From Candidatus Nomurabacteria bacterium (GTDB lineage Bacteria > Patescibacteriota > Saccharimonadia > Saccharimonadales > CAIOMD01), in assembly GCA_020631975.1 (NCBI GenBank), contig JACKGO010000002.1, positions 71,218-135,217 on the forward strand: 64,000 bases of DNA. Reading direction: 5' to 3'. This document shows, one piece after another, positions 30,877 to 40,631 of the stretch. The position numbers and the translations under genes were made by a program. A model generated the notes under the pieces. The model was given only the letters and a program-made list of their open reading frames with translations. It searched no databases and had not been told where the DNA came from. Every line of letters starts with the position of its first letter. Positions within the stretch are counted from its first letter, which is position 1.

Positions 30877-31434
30877 CTACACTCGGGTTAACACTTCGTG
30901 AACGGTTTCGTATTCAAATAGTTCACTATCGTCAAACCACATGGCAATTTCTTTTTCTGCTTCTTCTACAGTCCCAGAAGCATGTATTAAATTAGCAGCA
31001 CCTTTCTTTTTTAACGATGCCCTCCCTAGACTTAAATGAGCATAATCGCCCCTGATTGTTCCTGGAGCAGAATCTTTTGGACCGGTACTGCCAACCATTT
31101 TTCTAACAACCTCTACCGCATGGCCGCCTTCGAGCACGGCTGCAATAACTGGCGAGCTCCTCATAAATTCTCTGGTTGCTGTCACAATCATTTCACCAAT
31201 TTCTTCGGCAGTTTCTTTATAATCTATACCGTAATTATCCCAGTCTTTTTTTGTTTTATTACCAACAATAGGCACAAGTGCGTCAGGGTAATGCTTCGTT
31301 ACAAGGTCTTGGCTTGGAGTCATCATTTTAAGGCCAATTATTTTTAAGCCTGCTTTTTCAAATCGTGTTAAGATTTCGCCCGCAATGGCTCGTTTTATTG
31401 TATCCGGCTTTAATATTATGAGTGTTCGTTCCAT
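30877..31434 (-). CDS. ndk: nucleoside-diphosphate kinase (long form with internal insertion)
   Basis: 185 aa, with MERTLIILKPD, GTIRGDY and an NLIHASG active-site His context. Confidence 0.85.
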   Translation of the reverse strand: MERTLIILKPDTIKRAIAGEILTRFEKAGLKIIGLKMMTPSQDLVTKHYPDALVPIVGNKTKKDWDNYGIDYKETAEEIGEMIVTATREFMRSSPVIAAVLEGGHAVEVVRKMVGSTGPKDSAPGTIRGDYAHLSLGRASLKKKGAANLIHASGTVEEAEKEIAMWFDDSELFEYETVHEVLTRV

Positions 31435-31456
31435 ATCTATCCTTTCATTTGCTTGT

Positions 31457-32254
31457 CTATATAATACCAGTCACAAGCAATACTGATAAGACTGCCGCTA
31501 AACCAATACGGTACCAACCAAAATCTCGCAAACCCCGCGTACTAAGTAACTTAAGTAAAAAGCCTATAGCAAATAGGCCACTCGCAAACGAAACAATGTT
31601 ACCAACAAGCACAACACCAACATTAGACGACACGTATGACCAGCCACCGTCTAGAAGCATTACTTTAGTAGTAGCACCAGCTATTGTGGGTATCGCTAAC
31701 ATAAAGCTAAATTCGGCAGCCCGGGCGGCGCTAAGATTACTCCGTAAACCTGTCAGAATTGTTATACCACTACGTGACGTGCCAGGTATAAGTGCTATAG
31801 CCTGCGCAAAGCCAACCCGTAGTGCCACTGGCCACGTAACCGAACTTTCTAGCGGACTATCGTCTGATTCTGGGTTAGGCTTACCGTATATAATCATCAA
31901 AATACCTACTAGAACCAGCATTATAACAACGACCCACACCATATTATTGAGCGCTTTTATTTGATTACCAAACGACAGACCAATCGCAAAAGCCGGGATA
32001 GTTGCAGCCAGCAATTTACTCAGGAGGGCCCATTCTTTACCAACGAATGTTCGTATGATCAATTCTTTGATACGTTTGCGATAAAACAATATAAGCGCAC
32101 TGAGCGTACCTATGTTTAGTAGTACGTCAAACGCAAAAGATTCGGGTGTACCAAGCAAGTAGTTAAATATCACAAGATGCCCCGAACTTGAGACCGGAAT
32201 AAACTCTGTTAGTCCTTGAACTAACCCCAAAATAATTGCATCTAAATAGCTCAT
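31457..32254 (-). CDS. uppP: undecaprenyl-diphosphate phosphatase
   Basis: 265 aa and polytopic, with motifs EFIPVSSSGHL and PGTSRSG. Confidence 0.9.
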   Translation of the reverse strand: MSYLDAIILGLVQGLTEFIPVSSSGHLVIFNYLLGTPESFAFDVLLNIGTLSALILFYRKRIKELIIRTFVGKEWALLSKLLAATIPAFAIGLSFGNQIKALNNMVWVVVIMLVLVGILMIIYGKPNPESDDSPLESSVTWPVALRVGFAQAIALIPGTSRSGITILTGLRSNLSAARAAEFSFMLAIPTIAGATTKVMLLDGGWSYVSSNVGVVLVGNIVSFASGLFAIGFLLKLLSTRGLRDFGWYRIGLAAVLSVLLVTGII

Positions 32255-32312
32255 CTTGTTAGCACTTATGCTACCACACTACCCCATACATCCCAAGTCA
32301 CACACCAACCCC

Positions 32313-32357
32313 ATTACACATATATTTACGCCGACCGTCGTAAATATATGTGTAATT
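32313..32357. terminator. 17-bp perfect inverted repeat between the PaaX-like gene and uppP
   Basis: TTACACATATATTTACG (about 32314-32330) pairs with CGTAAATATATGTGTAA (about 32339-32355). The right arm is part of the 22-bp direct repeat listed below. Confidence 0.6.
32332..32353. repeat. 22-bp direct repeat, copy 1 (CGACCGTCGTAAATATATGTGT)
   Basis: Exact match to 32949-32970. Confidence 0.9.
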
Positions 32358-32931
32358 ATAATATAGATTTAAATTTTTGTATGAGCTGGTTTTGGCCGTC
32401 TAGGTGCGTAACTTCTGCACTAATAATGTGTTTACTCGCAAATGGGTAGTTTGTGTGCACCATAGCTACAAATTCGCTAATATCGTATGGGTAGACGTAT
32501 ACGCTATTTTGAATTAATACCATCCCTAAAGATTCAATTTTATAGCGTAGCGTATCCCGCACTAATCTATATTGTTCAGGAATATCGAACATTAATAAAT
32601 GCCATTTATTGTCCCAAGCTCCATTAATAGGGATTTTGTAATCTTCAAATAGCACCTTGGTATTTATACTTTGCCCTTTTGGTGTAAGCGTTATTGCATA
32701 CCTATTGTCATCTATTTTTTGAACACTAAAATAACCGCTATTTTTTACTTGTTCACTAAATCGTTTGGGCTGTTTTTTGTTGAGCTTCTTAGCAACCAAC
32801 GTAATAGCCTGTGTCGCATTAGGCGCTACAACAATAATACCCGCCGCTCCTGCAGCACCAGCTGTTTTAACAAAAGCGCGCATTGTTATATTGGTAATCT
32901 TTTTTATGTTCGTATATTTCTTATTCTTCAT
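32356..32931 (-). CDS. PaaX-C-terminal-like / Cas2-fold domain protein with N-terminal TM segment
   Basis: The WDNKWHLLMFDIPEQYRLVRDTLRYKIESLGMVLIQNSVYVYP pattern matches the PaaX-type WxxxWxxxxFxIPE...R..LR module. The likely start is ATG 32931 (MKNKKY) rather than the GTG at 32949 in the track. Confidence 0.45.
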   Translation of the reverse strand: MKNKKYTNIKKITNITMRAFVKTAGAAGAAGIIVVAPNATQAITLVAKKLNKKQPKRFSEQVKNSGYFSVQKIDDNRYAITLTPKGQSINTKVLFEDYKIPINGAWDNKWHLLMFDIPEQYRLVRDTLRYKIESLGMVLIQNSVYVYPYDISEFVAMVHTNYPFASKHIISAEVTHLDGQNQLIQKFKSIL

Positions 32932-32948
32932 AATACATATATTATACA

Positions 32949-32970
32949 CGACCGTCGTAAATATATGTGT
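32949..32970. repeat. 22-bp direct repeat, copy 2
   Basis: Exact match to 32332-32353. It lies in the divergent spacer between the PaaX-like gene and the recombinase gene. Confidence 0.9.
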
Positions 32971-32979
32971 TTTTGAGGG

Positions 32980-33918
32980 ATGGGGGGAATGTCGTACAAT
33001 ATAAGTATGGATTTAGAAACGCTCATTGGGGATTATTTAGAATATATGGCTATAGAGCGTGGCCGTTCAAAAAAAACAATTGCCAACTATAGCCACTACC
33101 TAACGCGTTTGGTTGATTTTGCAGGTGACGTAACAATAGATGAAGTAACGCCTGATTTAATACGAAAATGGCGCCTGTGGCTAAATGACCTTGGCTCTGA
33201 TAGGTCTGACGAGCTTGGTAAGGCGACACAAAATTATCACCTAATTGCCCTGCGCAACTTTTTAAAATACTGCCATAAACGTGATATTGCAGCGATGAGC
33301 GCCGACCAAATAGAGCTCGCTAAAGTAGCGCGCACAAAAGTTACCTTTTTAGACAAAGACGAGTTAGAACGGTTGCTAGAGCAACCCAACACACAAGAAA
33401 TAGCTGGTTTGCGCGATAGAGCGATATTAGAATTACTGTATTCTAGCGGTTTGCGCGTTTCTGAACTAGTGAGTCTAGATACAGCGCACATAAACTTAAA
33501 GCGCCGTGAATTTACCGTACGTGGTAAAGGCCAAAAAGATCGCCCAGTGTTTATAAGCCAGCAAGCGGCTGATTGGGTGCAACTTTATATAGATACGCGT
33601 GAAGATGCATTACCTGCCCTGTTTATTAGCTATGGGGGCAAAGCAGCAACCAACACAACTGGTAACTACCGTCGGCTCACACCACGCAGTATTCAGCGTA
33701 TGGTGGCGCGCTACGCCCTGCTAGCGGGCATTACCAAGCATGTGAGCCCGCACAGCTTGCGGCATAGCTTTGCTACCGACTTACTCATGAACGGTGCCGA
33801 TATACGAAGCGTGCAAGCCATGCTTGGCCATAGTAACATTGCTACCACCCAAATTTATACCCACGTTACCGACCCACACCTAAGAGCTGTCCACGAAAAG
33901 TTCCATAATAAAGCCTAA
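32980..33918 (+). CDS. tyrosine site-specific recombinase (XerC/XerD family)
   Basis: 312 aa with an N-terminal SAM-like core-binding domain. Catalytic motifs are present: ...LRVSEL..., HSLRHSFAT, LGHSNIATTQIYTHV. Confidence 0.85.
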   Translation: MGGMSYNISMDLETLIGDYLEYMAIERGRSKKTIANYSHYLTRLVDFAGDVTIDEVTPDLIRKWRLWLNDLGSDRSDELGKATQNYHLIALRNFLKYCHKRDIAAMSADQIELAKVARTKVTFLDKDELERLLEQPNTQEIAGLRDRAILELLYSSGLRVSELVSLDTAHINLKRREFTVRGKGQKDRPVFISQQAADWVQLYIDTREDALPALFISYGGKAATNTTGNYRRLTPRSIQRMVARYALLAGITKHVSPHSLRHSFATDLLMNGADIRSVQAMLGHSNIATTQIYTHVTDPHLRAVHEKFHNKA

Positions 33919-34995
33919 TTACGGCGCAGGACAAGCGCCACCACCTGATATGTTAAAGTTATTAGCGCCATCTACTTTGATGTCTTTACACAAACTATCA
34001 GCTAATGCTCCAAAATATGGTTGCCACGTGCTATTTGACCCTGGAGATGTTGAGATATAGCTAATTAGTCTTTTAGATTGGTCTTGCGCGATAGCATTTA
34101 CGTCAATTTTTGTCTGTATGTTGTCTAGTTTGACAGGTACGGCACCGCTCAATGCTTGGTACTTCAGTGTAGCGGATTGATCACCTATAATCTGAAAATA
34201 ATATAACCTAGAATTAGGCAACGAAGAAGCATTTGCGTAGCCATTCAGATCTGCTTTACATTCACCGTTGGCTGAGCAAGTCACGTTAAATGCAGCCGCA
34301 TTACCTCTATTGTTAGTAGGTCCATCCTCTAAATTTATTGGCGTTGGAGCAATATTTTCACCCGCCTTAGAAGCTGGTATAAGGTAATAAACTTCTATTT
34401 TTGGTTGTGCTGTATTGGTTATATCTGCAGTTGATACACTAGCAACTTTCAGTATGGGTAATTTGCCTGGTTGCACAGGTTTCAAATTCGTACGACCAAT
34501 GGCCCCATCATATGCACTCATACTGTCGGCAAATGCGTCCACCTTCCAAGAAATAAGGTCTTTACCTGTAAAATTTGTTGTGGTAAAACTCCACCCGTCA
34601 TACGGCGACAGTGTCTTAACTGCTTCTTCAGGTTTGGCATCCCATGTCACGCAAGTGATGCGTACACCTTCAGAAAAAACTGGATATTTAAAGTTACCAA
34701 CTTCTTCACACCCGTTTTTTACACTACCTGGGTTAGAAGCACCCAAACTACCGCTTTTCACTTTTTCCGATATGTATGTGTTAGCTGCATTTATACCAGA
34801 CTCAGCTGCCAGTTGAGCTTGTGATGATAGTGTTTTATCTATTGTCGCCCGTTGATCGCGTCTCGACAGCGTTGCAAAACCAACCGATATAAGCGATATT
34901 ATCATAATAAAGAACAAAGCAAACATTATTGCTGATGCCCCAGATTGATTAAAATTAATAGGCTTTTTATTCATTTGCATTTTTATATATCCCAT
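33919..34995 (-). CDS. PilX-N-terminal-domain pilus-associated protein
   Basis: 358 aa. The N-terminus, QSGASAIMFALFFIMIISLISVGFATLSRRDQR, is typical of PilX_N proteins. It is the last gene of the minor-pilin block. Confidence 0.55.
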   Translation of the reverse strand: MGYIKMQMNKKPINFNQSGASAIMFALFFIMIISLISVGFATLSRRDQRATIDKTLSSQAQLAAESGINAANTYISEKVKSGSLGASNPGSVKNGCEEVGNFKYPVFSEGVRITCVTWDAKPEEAVKTLSPYDGWSFTTTNFTGKDLISWKVDAFADSMSAYDGAIGRTNLKPVQPGKLPILKVASVSTADITNTAQPKIEVYYLIPASKAGENIAPTPINLEDGPTNNRGNAAAFNVTCSANGECKADLNGYANASSLPNSRLYYFQIIGDQSATLKYQALSGAVPVKLDNIQTKIDVNAIAQDQSKRLISYISTSPGSNSTWQPYFGALADSLCKDIKVDGANNFNISGGGACPAP

Positions 34996-35574
34996 TTATT
35001 GTATCCTCGGTTTCACACTACTATTATAATTTACTATTGTACAAAAATCACCGCCACGCAATGTAGGTAAGCATTCGGTATACGAATTATTTTTATACAT
35101 ATCATATGTGCCTACGTTAAAACGAGTAGTTATATCAAATACACCAAGATCTGCTGATGGTTGTGTAATGGTAAATTGACTGACAAATCCATTGCGCGGT
35201 AGTAAATTTGTACCACCATTTGCTTGGCCACGTTCGCAGGCTGCATCGCTTAGTTGCCTTTTAAACAATCCATTATTTATGGTATTACCATCTGGTAATG
35301 ACCAATAATACATTACATTTCCAATACAAAAATATGTTACAGAATCTTCTGTTTTCATGTTGGTCACTGCATCTTTATTAACATATGCAACGGCATTAAA
35401 TATATCTTGGTGAATACTACGCGACGCATCGTTTAATTGTGCTGTATATGAACCTTTCTGATATTGACGTGACATACCTATTACGGCTGCAGTAACCAGT
35501 AATGACGCAACGCCAAATACTAGCATAGCTATCATAAGCTCAACTATTGTAAAACCTTTTTTACTACATGGCAT
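34996..35574 (-). CDS. type IV minor pilin (prepilin-type N-terminal methylation motif)
   Basis: The likely start is MPCSKKGFTIVELMIAMLVFGV at 35574. The track ORF start at 35673 adds 33 aa that overlap the upstream gene. Confidence 0.7.
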   Translation of the reverse strand: MPCSKKGFTIVELMIAMLVFGVASLLVTAAVIGMSRQYQKGSYTAQLNDASRSIHQDIFNAVAYVNKDAVTNMKTEDSVTYFCIGNVMYYWSLPDGNTINNGLFKRQLSDAACERGQANGGTNLLPRNGFVSQFTITQPSADLGVFDITTRFNVGTYDMYKNNSYTECLPTLRGGDFCTIVNYNSSVKPRIQ

Positions 35575-36064
35575 ATTGTAACTCCAGTTTAGACTGCGTA
35601 CCTTTGACATTAGCCCATGTAACAACAATAGAGTATACAGAATTCGTTGTTTTGTTCGTACTACAAATTGCACCTATAGCTTTTGTTGCCTGATCTACAC
35701 AAGATATTTCAATTGCATATATATTTGCACCACCCATGCTAATATCTTTACAATCTGCTTGGACCTCTAGCTTACCCGCGACATTTTTAAGACAAGTAAA
35801 TGACCCACTTGCAAAATCATTTCTAGTCGAACCACCGTTAGAGCCAGCGTCAGAAGCACGTATGTATTCTACCTGTTGATTTGCCAGTTGTTGCGCTTGG
35901 TACTGTTCTTTATTCGCCTGTAAACCAGCATTGCTTCTGCTAACAGTGGCAAAACTTAACCCGAGAGCAAAACTAAGAACGGTAATAGCAATAAGTACTT
36001 CAACTATCGTATCACCAGAATGATCTATAAGTTTTTGTGATTTATGTCTTTTTAGTGAATACAT
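35564..36064 (-). CDS. type IV minor pilin (PilV-like)
   Basis: 166 aa with a class III signal-like N-terminus, SGDTIVEVLIAITVLSFAL. Confidence 0.65.
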   Translation of the reverse strand: MYSLKRHKSQKLIDHSGDTIVEVLIAITVLSFALGLSFATVSRSNAGLQANKEQYQAQQLANQQVEYIRASDAGSNGGSTRNDFASGSFTCLKNVAGKLEVQADCKDISMGGANIYAIEISCVDQATKAIGAICSTNKTTNSVYSIVVTWANVKGTQSKLELQYAM

Positions 36065-36786
36065 TCTGGATCATCCAAATTCATTTCTACGTTTGTACTA
36101 CCGTTACGGCCAATAATTAGGCTACCTTTTTTATACCCGTCAAAACAAATACGTTTACCCTGATTCCAGTAAAGTGGAGTACGGTCTTTTGTCCATTCAT
36201 CTTCTGAGCGCGTTGTTATATTATTGTCATCTATATAAGCCTCGTAAAGGCTTGTTGTTTGCGAGCCATAATCAGTGGTTGAAAAATTCTTAAACATCAC
36301 TGCAAAGCCTGTTGATTCTCTTGGGTATGTACCATTAGATTTGTGGTGATATTTGTAGTTAATGCTCCCCGGGTATGTTATGTACGTTTCTTTGCCATTG
36401 CTAAGCTCTACGTCTGTGTCTAGCGAACCCCCGGAGTCTGCATATATGTTTTCTACTCTTATCATGCTTTTTCCAGCTGTACATGGTTGTCTAGAATTTT
36501 CATCATCGTTCGGGTCTGGAGCATCAGTACAAAAATAAATGCGTTTGCCTGCGAGCACCGTTCCAGCCGTATCATTCCCCGTGGCACCCGGAAAGTAACC
36601 GTTTTCTGTATCTTTTATTGCTTGTTGAACAGTCTGCTGTATTTGGCGCATGCTATCTTGGTAACGTGTTTTTTCTACCTGCCCCTGTATAAGTAGGGCG
36701 GTAGTCGTGAAAAGCACACCCGTAACTGTTAACACGATAAGCGTTTCTAGTATGGTGTAGCCTGTTTGTTTTTTTATTAGTTTCAT
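36052..36786 (-). CDS. type IV minor pilin / pseudopilin (FimT/GspH-like)
   Basis: 244 aa with N-terminus KKQTGYTILETLIVLTVTGVLF. Confidence 0.65.
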   Translation of the reverse strand: MKLIKKQTGYTILETLIVLTVTGVLFTTTALLIQGQVEKTRYQDSMRQIQQTVQQAIKDTENGYFPGATGNDTAGTVLAGKRIYFCTDAPDPNDDENSRQPCTAGKSMIRVENIYADSGGSLDTDVELSNGKETYITYPGSINYKYHHKSNGTYPRESTGFAVMFKNFSTTDYGSQTTSLYEAYIDDNNITTRSEDEWTKDRTPLYWNQGKRICFDGYKKGSLIIGRNGSTNVEMNLDDPECIH

Positions 36787-36838
36787 TACCCTGCATTATA
36801 CCATAAGCACAATTTTTGCAACAGAGCTGGTAGCACTG

Positions 36839-37717
36839 TTATAGGCCTAAAAGTACGGTGCTGTACCAGCTGCTTAGACTATCACCAAAAAATAAGGCTA
36901 AACTAGCGCCCAATATTAAAAACGGGCCAAACGGTATGTGCGACGTGACACTGAGTTTTTTAGATACGATCCCCGGTATTGCTACTGCCAAACCTACTAA
37001 GCTAGCTAAAAATACTGCAATAAAAACGTTTAGGGGCGACCCAGCTATAAGCCCAAGTAAAAACGCCAAGCGTACATCGCCAAAGCCAAGCCACGCTTTT
37101 GCACCGGTTTTATGTTGTTGCACAATATATGACACATAAAAAAGCGCAAAAAAACCAGCTAAATAAAGCACACCTGCAGCAATTGCATTAACCAGTGTGC
37201 TAGTTACACCGCTAAGCACTGCATAAAACAGCAAACTTGCGCCGTACGTAATAATACCTAGGTAAATAAGTTTAGATGGCAAAATGTACCATTTTGCATC
37301 GTATATCGCCAGCACGAGCAAAAATACTAGGGTAACAAGCCAGCCAGCAAGCAGTACCCAGCCATACTGCGCTGTACTAATGGGCCAAAAGATATAAGAC
37401 AAAGCAAATACTACTGCCGTTATAAGCTCTACAAGCGGATACTGGGCACTAATTGGCGCATGGCAGTAGCGGCACTTGCCTTTTAAAAGTAACCAGCTAA
37501 ATACCGGCACTAAGTCTTTGGCAGCAAGGGCGTGCTTGCAACTTGGGCACATGCTACGGCCATGCAGTATAGACAGTTCTTTACGTTTTGTGGCAGAGAG
37601 CTTTTTTGGGTCGCCATCGTCATTGAGCAGTTGGCGCAAGCGCCACACCCATGCGTTAATAAAGCTGCCCAATATAAGCCCAAGTACAAATAAATAGACT
37701 GTTAACAAAATGCTCAT
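36839..37717 (-). CDS. pilD: prepilin peptidase (A24 family)
   Basis: 292 aa and polytopic. It has two CxxC pairs (CPSCKH, CRYCH) and the conserved Asp-containing motifs of PilD. Confidence 0.88.
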   Translation of the reverse strand: MSILLTVYLFVLGLILGSFINAWVWRLRQLLNDDGDPKKLSATKRKELSILHGRSMCPSCKHALAAKDLVPVFSWLLLKGKCRYCHAPISAQYPLVELITAVVFALSYIFWPISTAQYGWVLLAGWLVTLVFLLVLAIYDAKWYILPSKLIYLGIITYGASLLFYAVLSGVTSTLVNAIAAGVLYLAGFFALFYVSYIVQQHKTGAKAWLGFGDVRLAFLLGLIAGSPLNVFIAVFLASLVGLAVAIPGIVSKKLSVTSHIPFGPFLILGASLALFFGDSLSSWYSTVLLGL

Positions 37718-37750
37718 CCTAAAAAGTATCTCACAGATATTGAGTAAAAT

Positions 37751-37781
37751 AAAAGAAACGGCTGCTATAACCGTTTCTTTT
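37751..37781 (-). terminator. terminator hairpin after the major pilin gene
   Basis: AAAAGAAACGG (37751-37761) pairs with CCGTTTCTTTT (37771-37781), with a T-run on the minus strand. It probably uncouples high pilin expression from pilD. Confidence 0.6.
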
Positions 37782-37798
37782 ATTTATATCTATACCCT

Positions 37799-38272
37799 TT
37801 AGCCTTCAATACACTGAAGTGCTTCGCCACTGCCCGATGTCTCTGTGACAAACCATATGGCAACAGTTCTTGCGCTTGTAACAAAGTTACAATCTCTACC
37901 AGTGGCTACGTACAGCGTGCCAGGAACTGCGCTGGCAGTAGTTGGCAAAGCAGTGACTGGCGCTACCGGTGTTGATCCGTTTAGTGTTACGGTTGAAGTT
38001 CCGCCTCCGGTAAGTGTAATCGTACCTGTCCCAGCGCCTACCGTTGGCGTTGTGCCGTTGTAGCTGGATCGATGATCACCTACTCCACCTGCGAGTAATT
38101 GTGCGTCATTTCTTATTGATGTATTCCTACTGTTTCTCTGAAGTGCCGGTACTGCCAAGAATACAATAAGCATTATTAAACCAGCAATTGCCAGCACAAT
38201 CAAAACTTCTATGATTGTAAACCCTTTATTTTCTTTTTTAAACATATGTTTGGTGCCCCTTCTTTTGAACAT
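37799..38272 (-). CDS. type IV major pilin (PilA-like)
   Basis: KGFTIIEVLIVLAIAGLIMLIVFLAV is a prepilin cleavage/methylation motif. A Gly/Thr-rich globular part with a C-terminal Cys pair follows. An alternative start at 38245 (MFKKENKG) gives a typical short leader. Confidence 0.8.
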   Translation of the reverse strand: MFKRRGTKHMFKKENKGFTIIEVLIVLAIAGLIMLIVFLAVPALQRNSRNTSIRNDAQLLAGGVGDHRSSYNGTTPTVGAGTGTITLTGGGTSTVTLNGSTPVAPVTALPTTASAVPGTLYVATGRDCNFVTSARTVAIWFVTETSGSGEALQCIEG

Positions 38273-38332
38273 GATTATGTTTACTTATAATACCTTAATA
38301 ATACTGTATTACCAATTAAATGCAAGCGTTTT

Positions 38333-39531
38333 TTAAGCGCCTAGCCCCTGATTAGCCAAGCCGTAAATAGGCAATAGCACCGCAGCAACAATAATAAGCG
38401 CCACGACACCCAGCACAATCATAAGTACTGGTTCTATGATGGTGTTGATGGTCTTAATTTGTTGATCTACTTCTTTTTCGTAATATTCGGCAGTTTTTTC
38501 TAGCATAGATTCTACCTGGCCAGATTGTTCGCCAATACGCAACATATTTGGCACTAATTCTAAGAAGTTCGGGTCGCCCTCGAGTGAATCTGCTAGGCTT
38601 TTACCACCTTTTACTTGGCTAATAGCGTGGTCTATAGAATCTTCTATGTATACATTATTTACCGATTTACTAGTAATTTCTAGCATCTGTAGCAGTGGTA
38701 CACCGCTGGCAACTAGCGTTGTACCAGTGCGGGCAAACGCGCCATGTACATCTTCATAAACAGTGGGCCAATAAGTGGTGCCTTCATTTTAAACTTGTCT
38801 ATAAATCGTTTGCCTCCAAGCGTGCGGGCCCATCTGCTACCAAAAAATACACCAAACCCTATTAAGATAATGACGACCCTCAGTAAGTAACAAGTGTGTT
38901 AGACATCCATAGTAGCACTTTAGTAATGAGTGGTAGTTCTGCACCCGGTAGGCTATCGTATAAAACTTTTACTTGCGGTAATACACCTACAAGCATAAAA
39001 CCAATGACCGCTAACATAACACCTACAACTACGAGTGGGTATACGAGTGCGCCACGTATTTTACCAAGAATTTCGGCGTCTTTTTCTTGCTGAAAAGCAA
39101 GCCGTTCAAGCGAGTTATCTAGCGTACCAGACACTTCACCTGCTGCCACAAGGCTCACAAACACCGTGCTAAACACTTTGGGGTGGGATGCTAGGGCGTC
39201 TGAAAGTTTTTGCCAGCTTCTACATCACCAATAACCTCTGCAATCACAATCTTCATGGGTTTGCTGCTAGTTTGGCGCTGCACGGTACGGAGTGATTGTG
39301 CCAGTGGTAAGCCAGCGCTAATAAGCGTGCTTAACTGGCGCGCAAACAGTATACGATCTTTTGCTTTAACTTTTTTGCCAAAGCCGCCTTCTTTTTCTAC
39401 TTTAATTTCTACAACTGCAAGGCCTTGGCCTTCTATGGCTTTGGCGGCGGCACGTTCGTTATCTGCCTGAACAGTAGAGGTAACTTTTGGCCAGTTTGCG
39501 GGTTGCGAGCGGTAAATGTAAATGTTGACAT
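38333..39531 (-). pseudogene. pilC: pilC (type IV pilus platform protein, GspF family) interrupted by four 1-nt frame defects
   Basis: The ATG at 39531 gives MSTFTFTARNPQTGQK. Continuing the PilC-like sequence requires frame changes near 39485-39488, 39203-39206, 38877-38885 and 38734-38742. The segments read ...VTSTVQADNERAAAKAIEGQGL...GKNF | SDALASHPKVFSTVFVSLVAAGEVSG...TLVTY | RVVIILIGFG...KMYMAR | FARTGTTLVASGVPLLQMLEITS...GLANQGLGA. Track ORFs 38880..39176 and 38333..38686 are two of the fragments. Confidence 0.85.
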
Positions 39532-39541
39532 ATAGGTGCGC

Positions 39542-40612
39542 CTAGCCTCTCATAAGCCTATCTAACTCTTCTAGGTCTACGGCATAATTACGTGCTTCTT
39601 CGTACGTAATTGTTCCGCTGTGAATAAGGCTCACTAGTGTTTTATCCATGCTTTGCATACCAAATTCTGCGCCAGTTTGTATAACAGCGTCTAGCTGATG
39701 CGTTTTGCCTTCACGCACAATGTTACGTACGGCCGGAGTTGCCACTAGTATTTCTGCAGCTGCAATACGGCCACCACCTATAGCTGGGATAAGCCGCTGC
39801 GAACAGATAGCCATTAAAATATTACTAAGCTGTGAGCGAATTTGTGGCTGCTGGTGTGGCGGGAACACGTCTATCATACGGTCTATACTTTGGGCGGCAC
39901 TGTTTGTGTGTAGCGTCGCAAATACCAAGTGGCCTGTTTCTGCAATTGTAATAGCAGCGGCAATCGTTTCTAGATCTCGCATTTCGCCAATAAGTACTAC
40001 ATCTGGGTCTTGGCGCAAGCTACTACGCAAGGCTGCACTAAAACTAAACGTATCGTAGTGAACTTCGCGCTGTACTATCACGCTTTTAAGGCTTTTATGG
40101 GTAAATTCTATTGGGTCTTCTATGGTAACGATGTGTTCTGCACGTTCGGTGTTAATTTTATGAATCATAGACGCCAAAGTAGTAGATTTTCCAGAACCAG
40201 TTGGCCCAGTAACCAATACTAAACCACGCGGGTATTCGGCAAATTTATTCACAATGTTTGGCAAGCCAAGTTGCTCAACAGATAAAAGCTCGCTTGGTAT
40301 TAAACGCAGCGCTGCTGCCAAGTTACCACGTTCGTGAAAGGCATTTACGCGGAACCGCCCTAAATCACCAAACGCAAAGCTAAAGTCAAATTCTTTGTCT
40401 TTTAGCAAAATCTGCTTTTGATCGTCATCTAGCAATGCAAACACTAAGCTTTCTACGGTTTCTTCTGTAAGAACATCTGTTCCACTTACTGCTTTTAAAG
40501 CACCATCTACACGCAACATGGGTTGCAAACCAACTTGTAAGTGGAGGTCACTGGCCTTTTTCTTGATTACTTCTTCTAGGAGTACTTCTATTCTTGGTTG
40601 TGCTACTTGCAT
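39542..40612 (-). CDS. pilT: type IV pilus retraction ATPase PilT
   Basis: 356 aa with Walker A GPTGSGKST, an AIRE-like and His-box region (TGHLVFATLHT) and a length typical of PilT. Confidence 0.9.
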   Translation of the reverse strand: MQVAQPRIEVLLEEVIKKKASDLHLQVGLQPMLRVDGALKAVSGTDVLTEETVESLVFALLDDDQKQILLKDKEFDFSFAFGDLGRFRVNAFHERGNLAAALRLIPSELLSVEQLGLPNIVNKFAEYPRGLVLVTGPTGSGKSTTLASMIHKINTERAEHIVTIEDPIEFTHKSLKSVIVQREVHYDTFSFSAALRSSLRQDPDVVLIGEMRDLETIAAAITIAETGHLVFATLHTNSAAQSIDRMIDVFPPHQQPQIRSQLSNILMAICSQRLIPAIGGGRIAAAEILVATPAVRNIVREGKTHQLDAVIQTGAEFGMQSMDKTLVSLIHSGTITYEEARNYAVDLEELDRLMRG

Positions 40613-40631
40613 GGTTCCACCTTATTATTTG

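Noticed and set aside
39210-39470. 86-aa plus-strand ORF
   Set aside because: It is antisense to the N-terminal PilC-coding segment, whose translation (ILFARQLSTLISAGLPLAQSL...) is clearly GspF-like.
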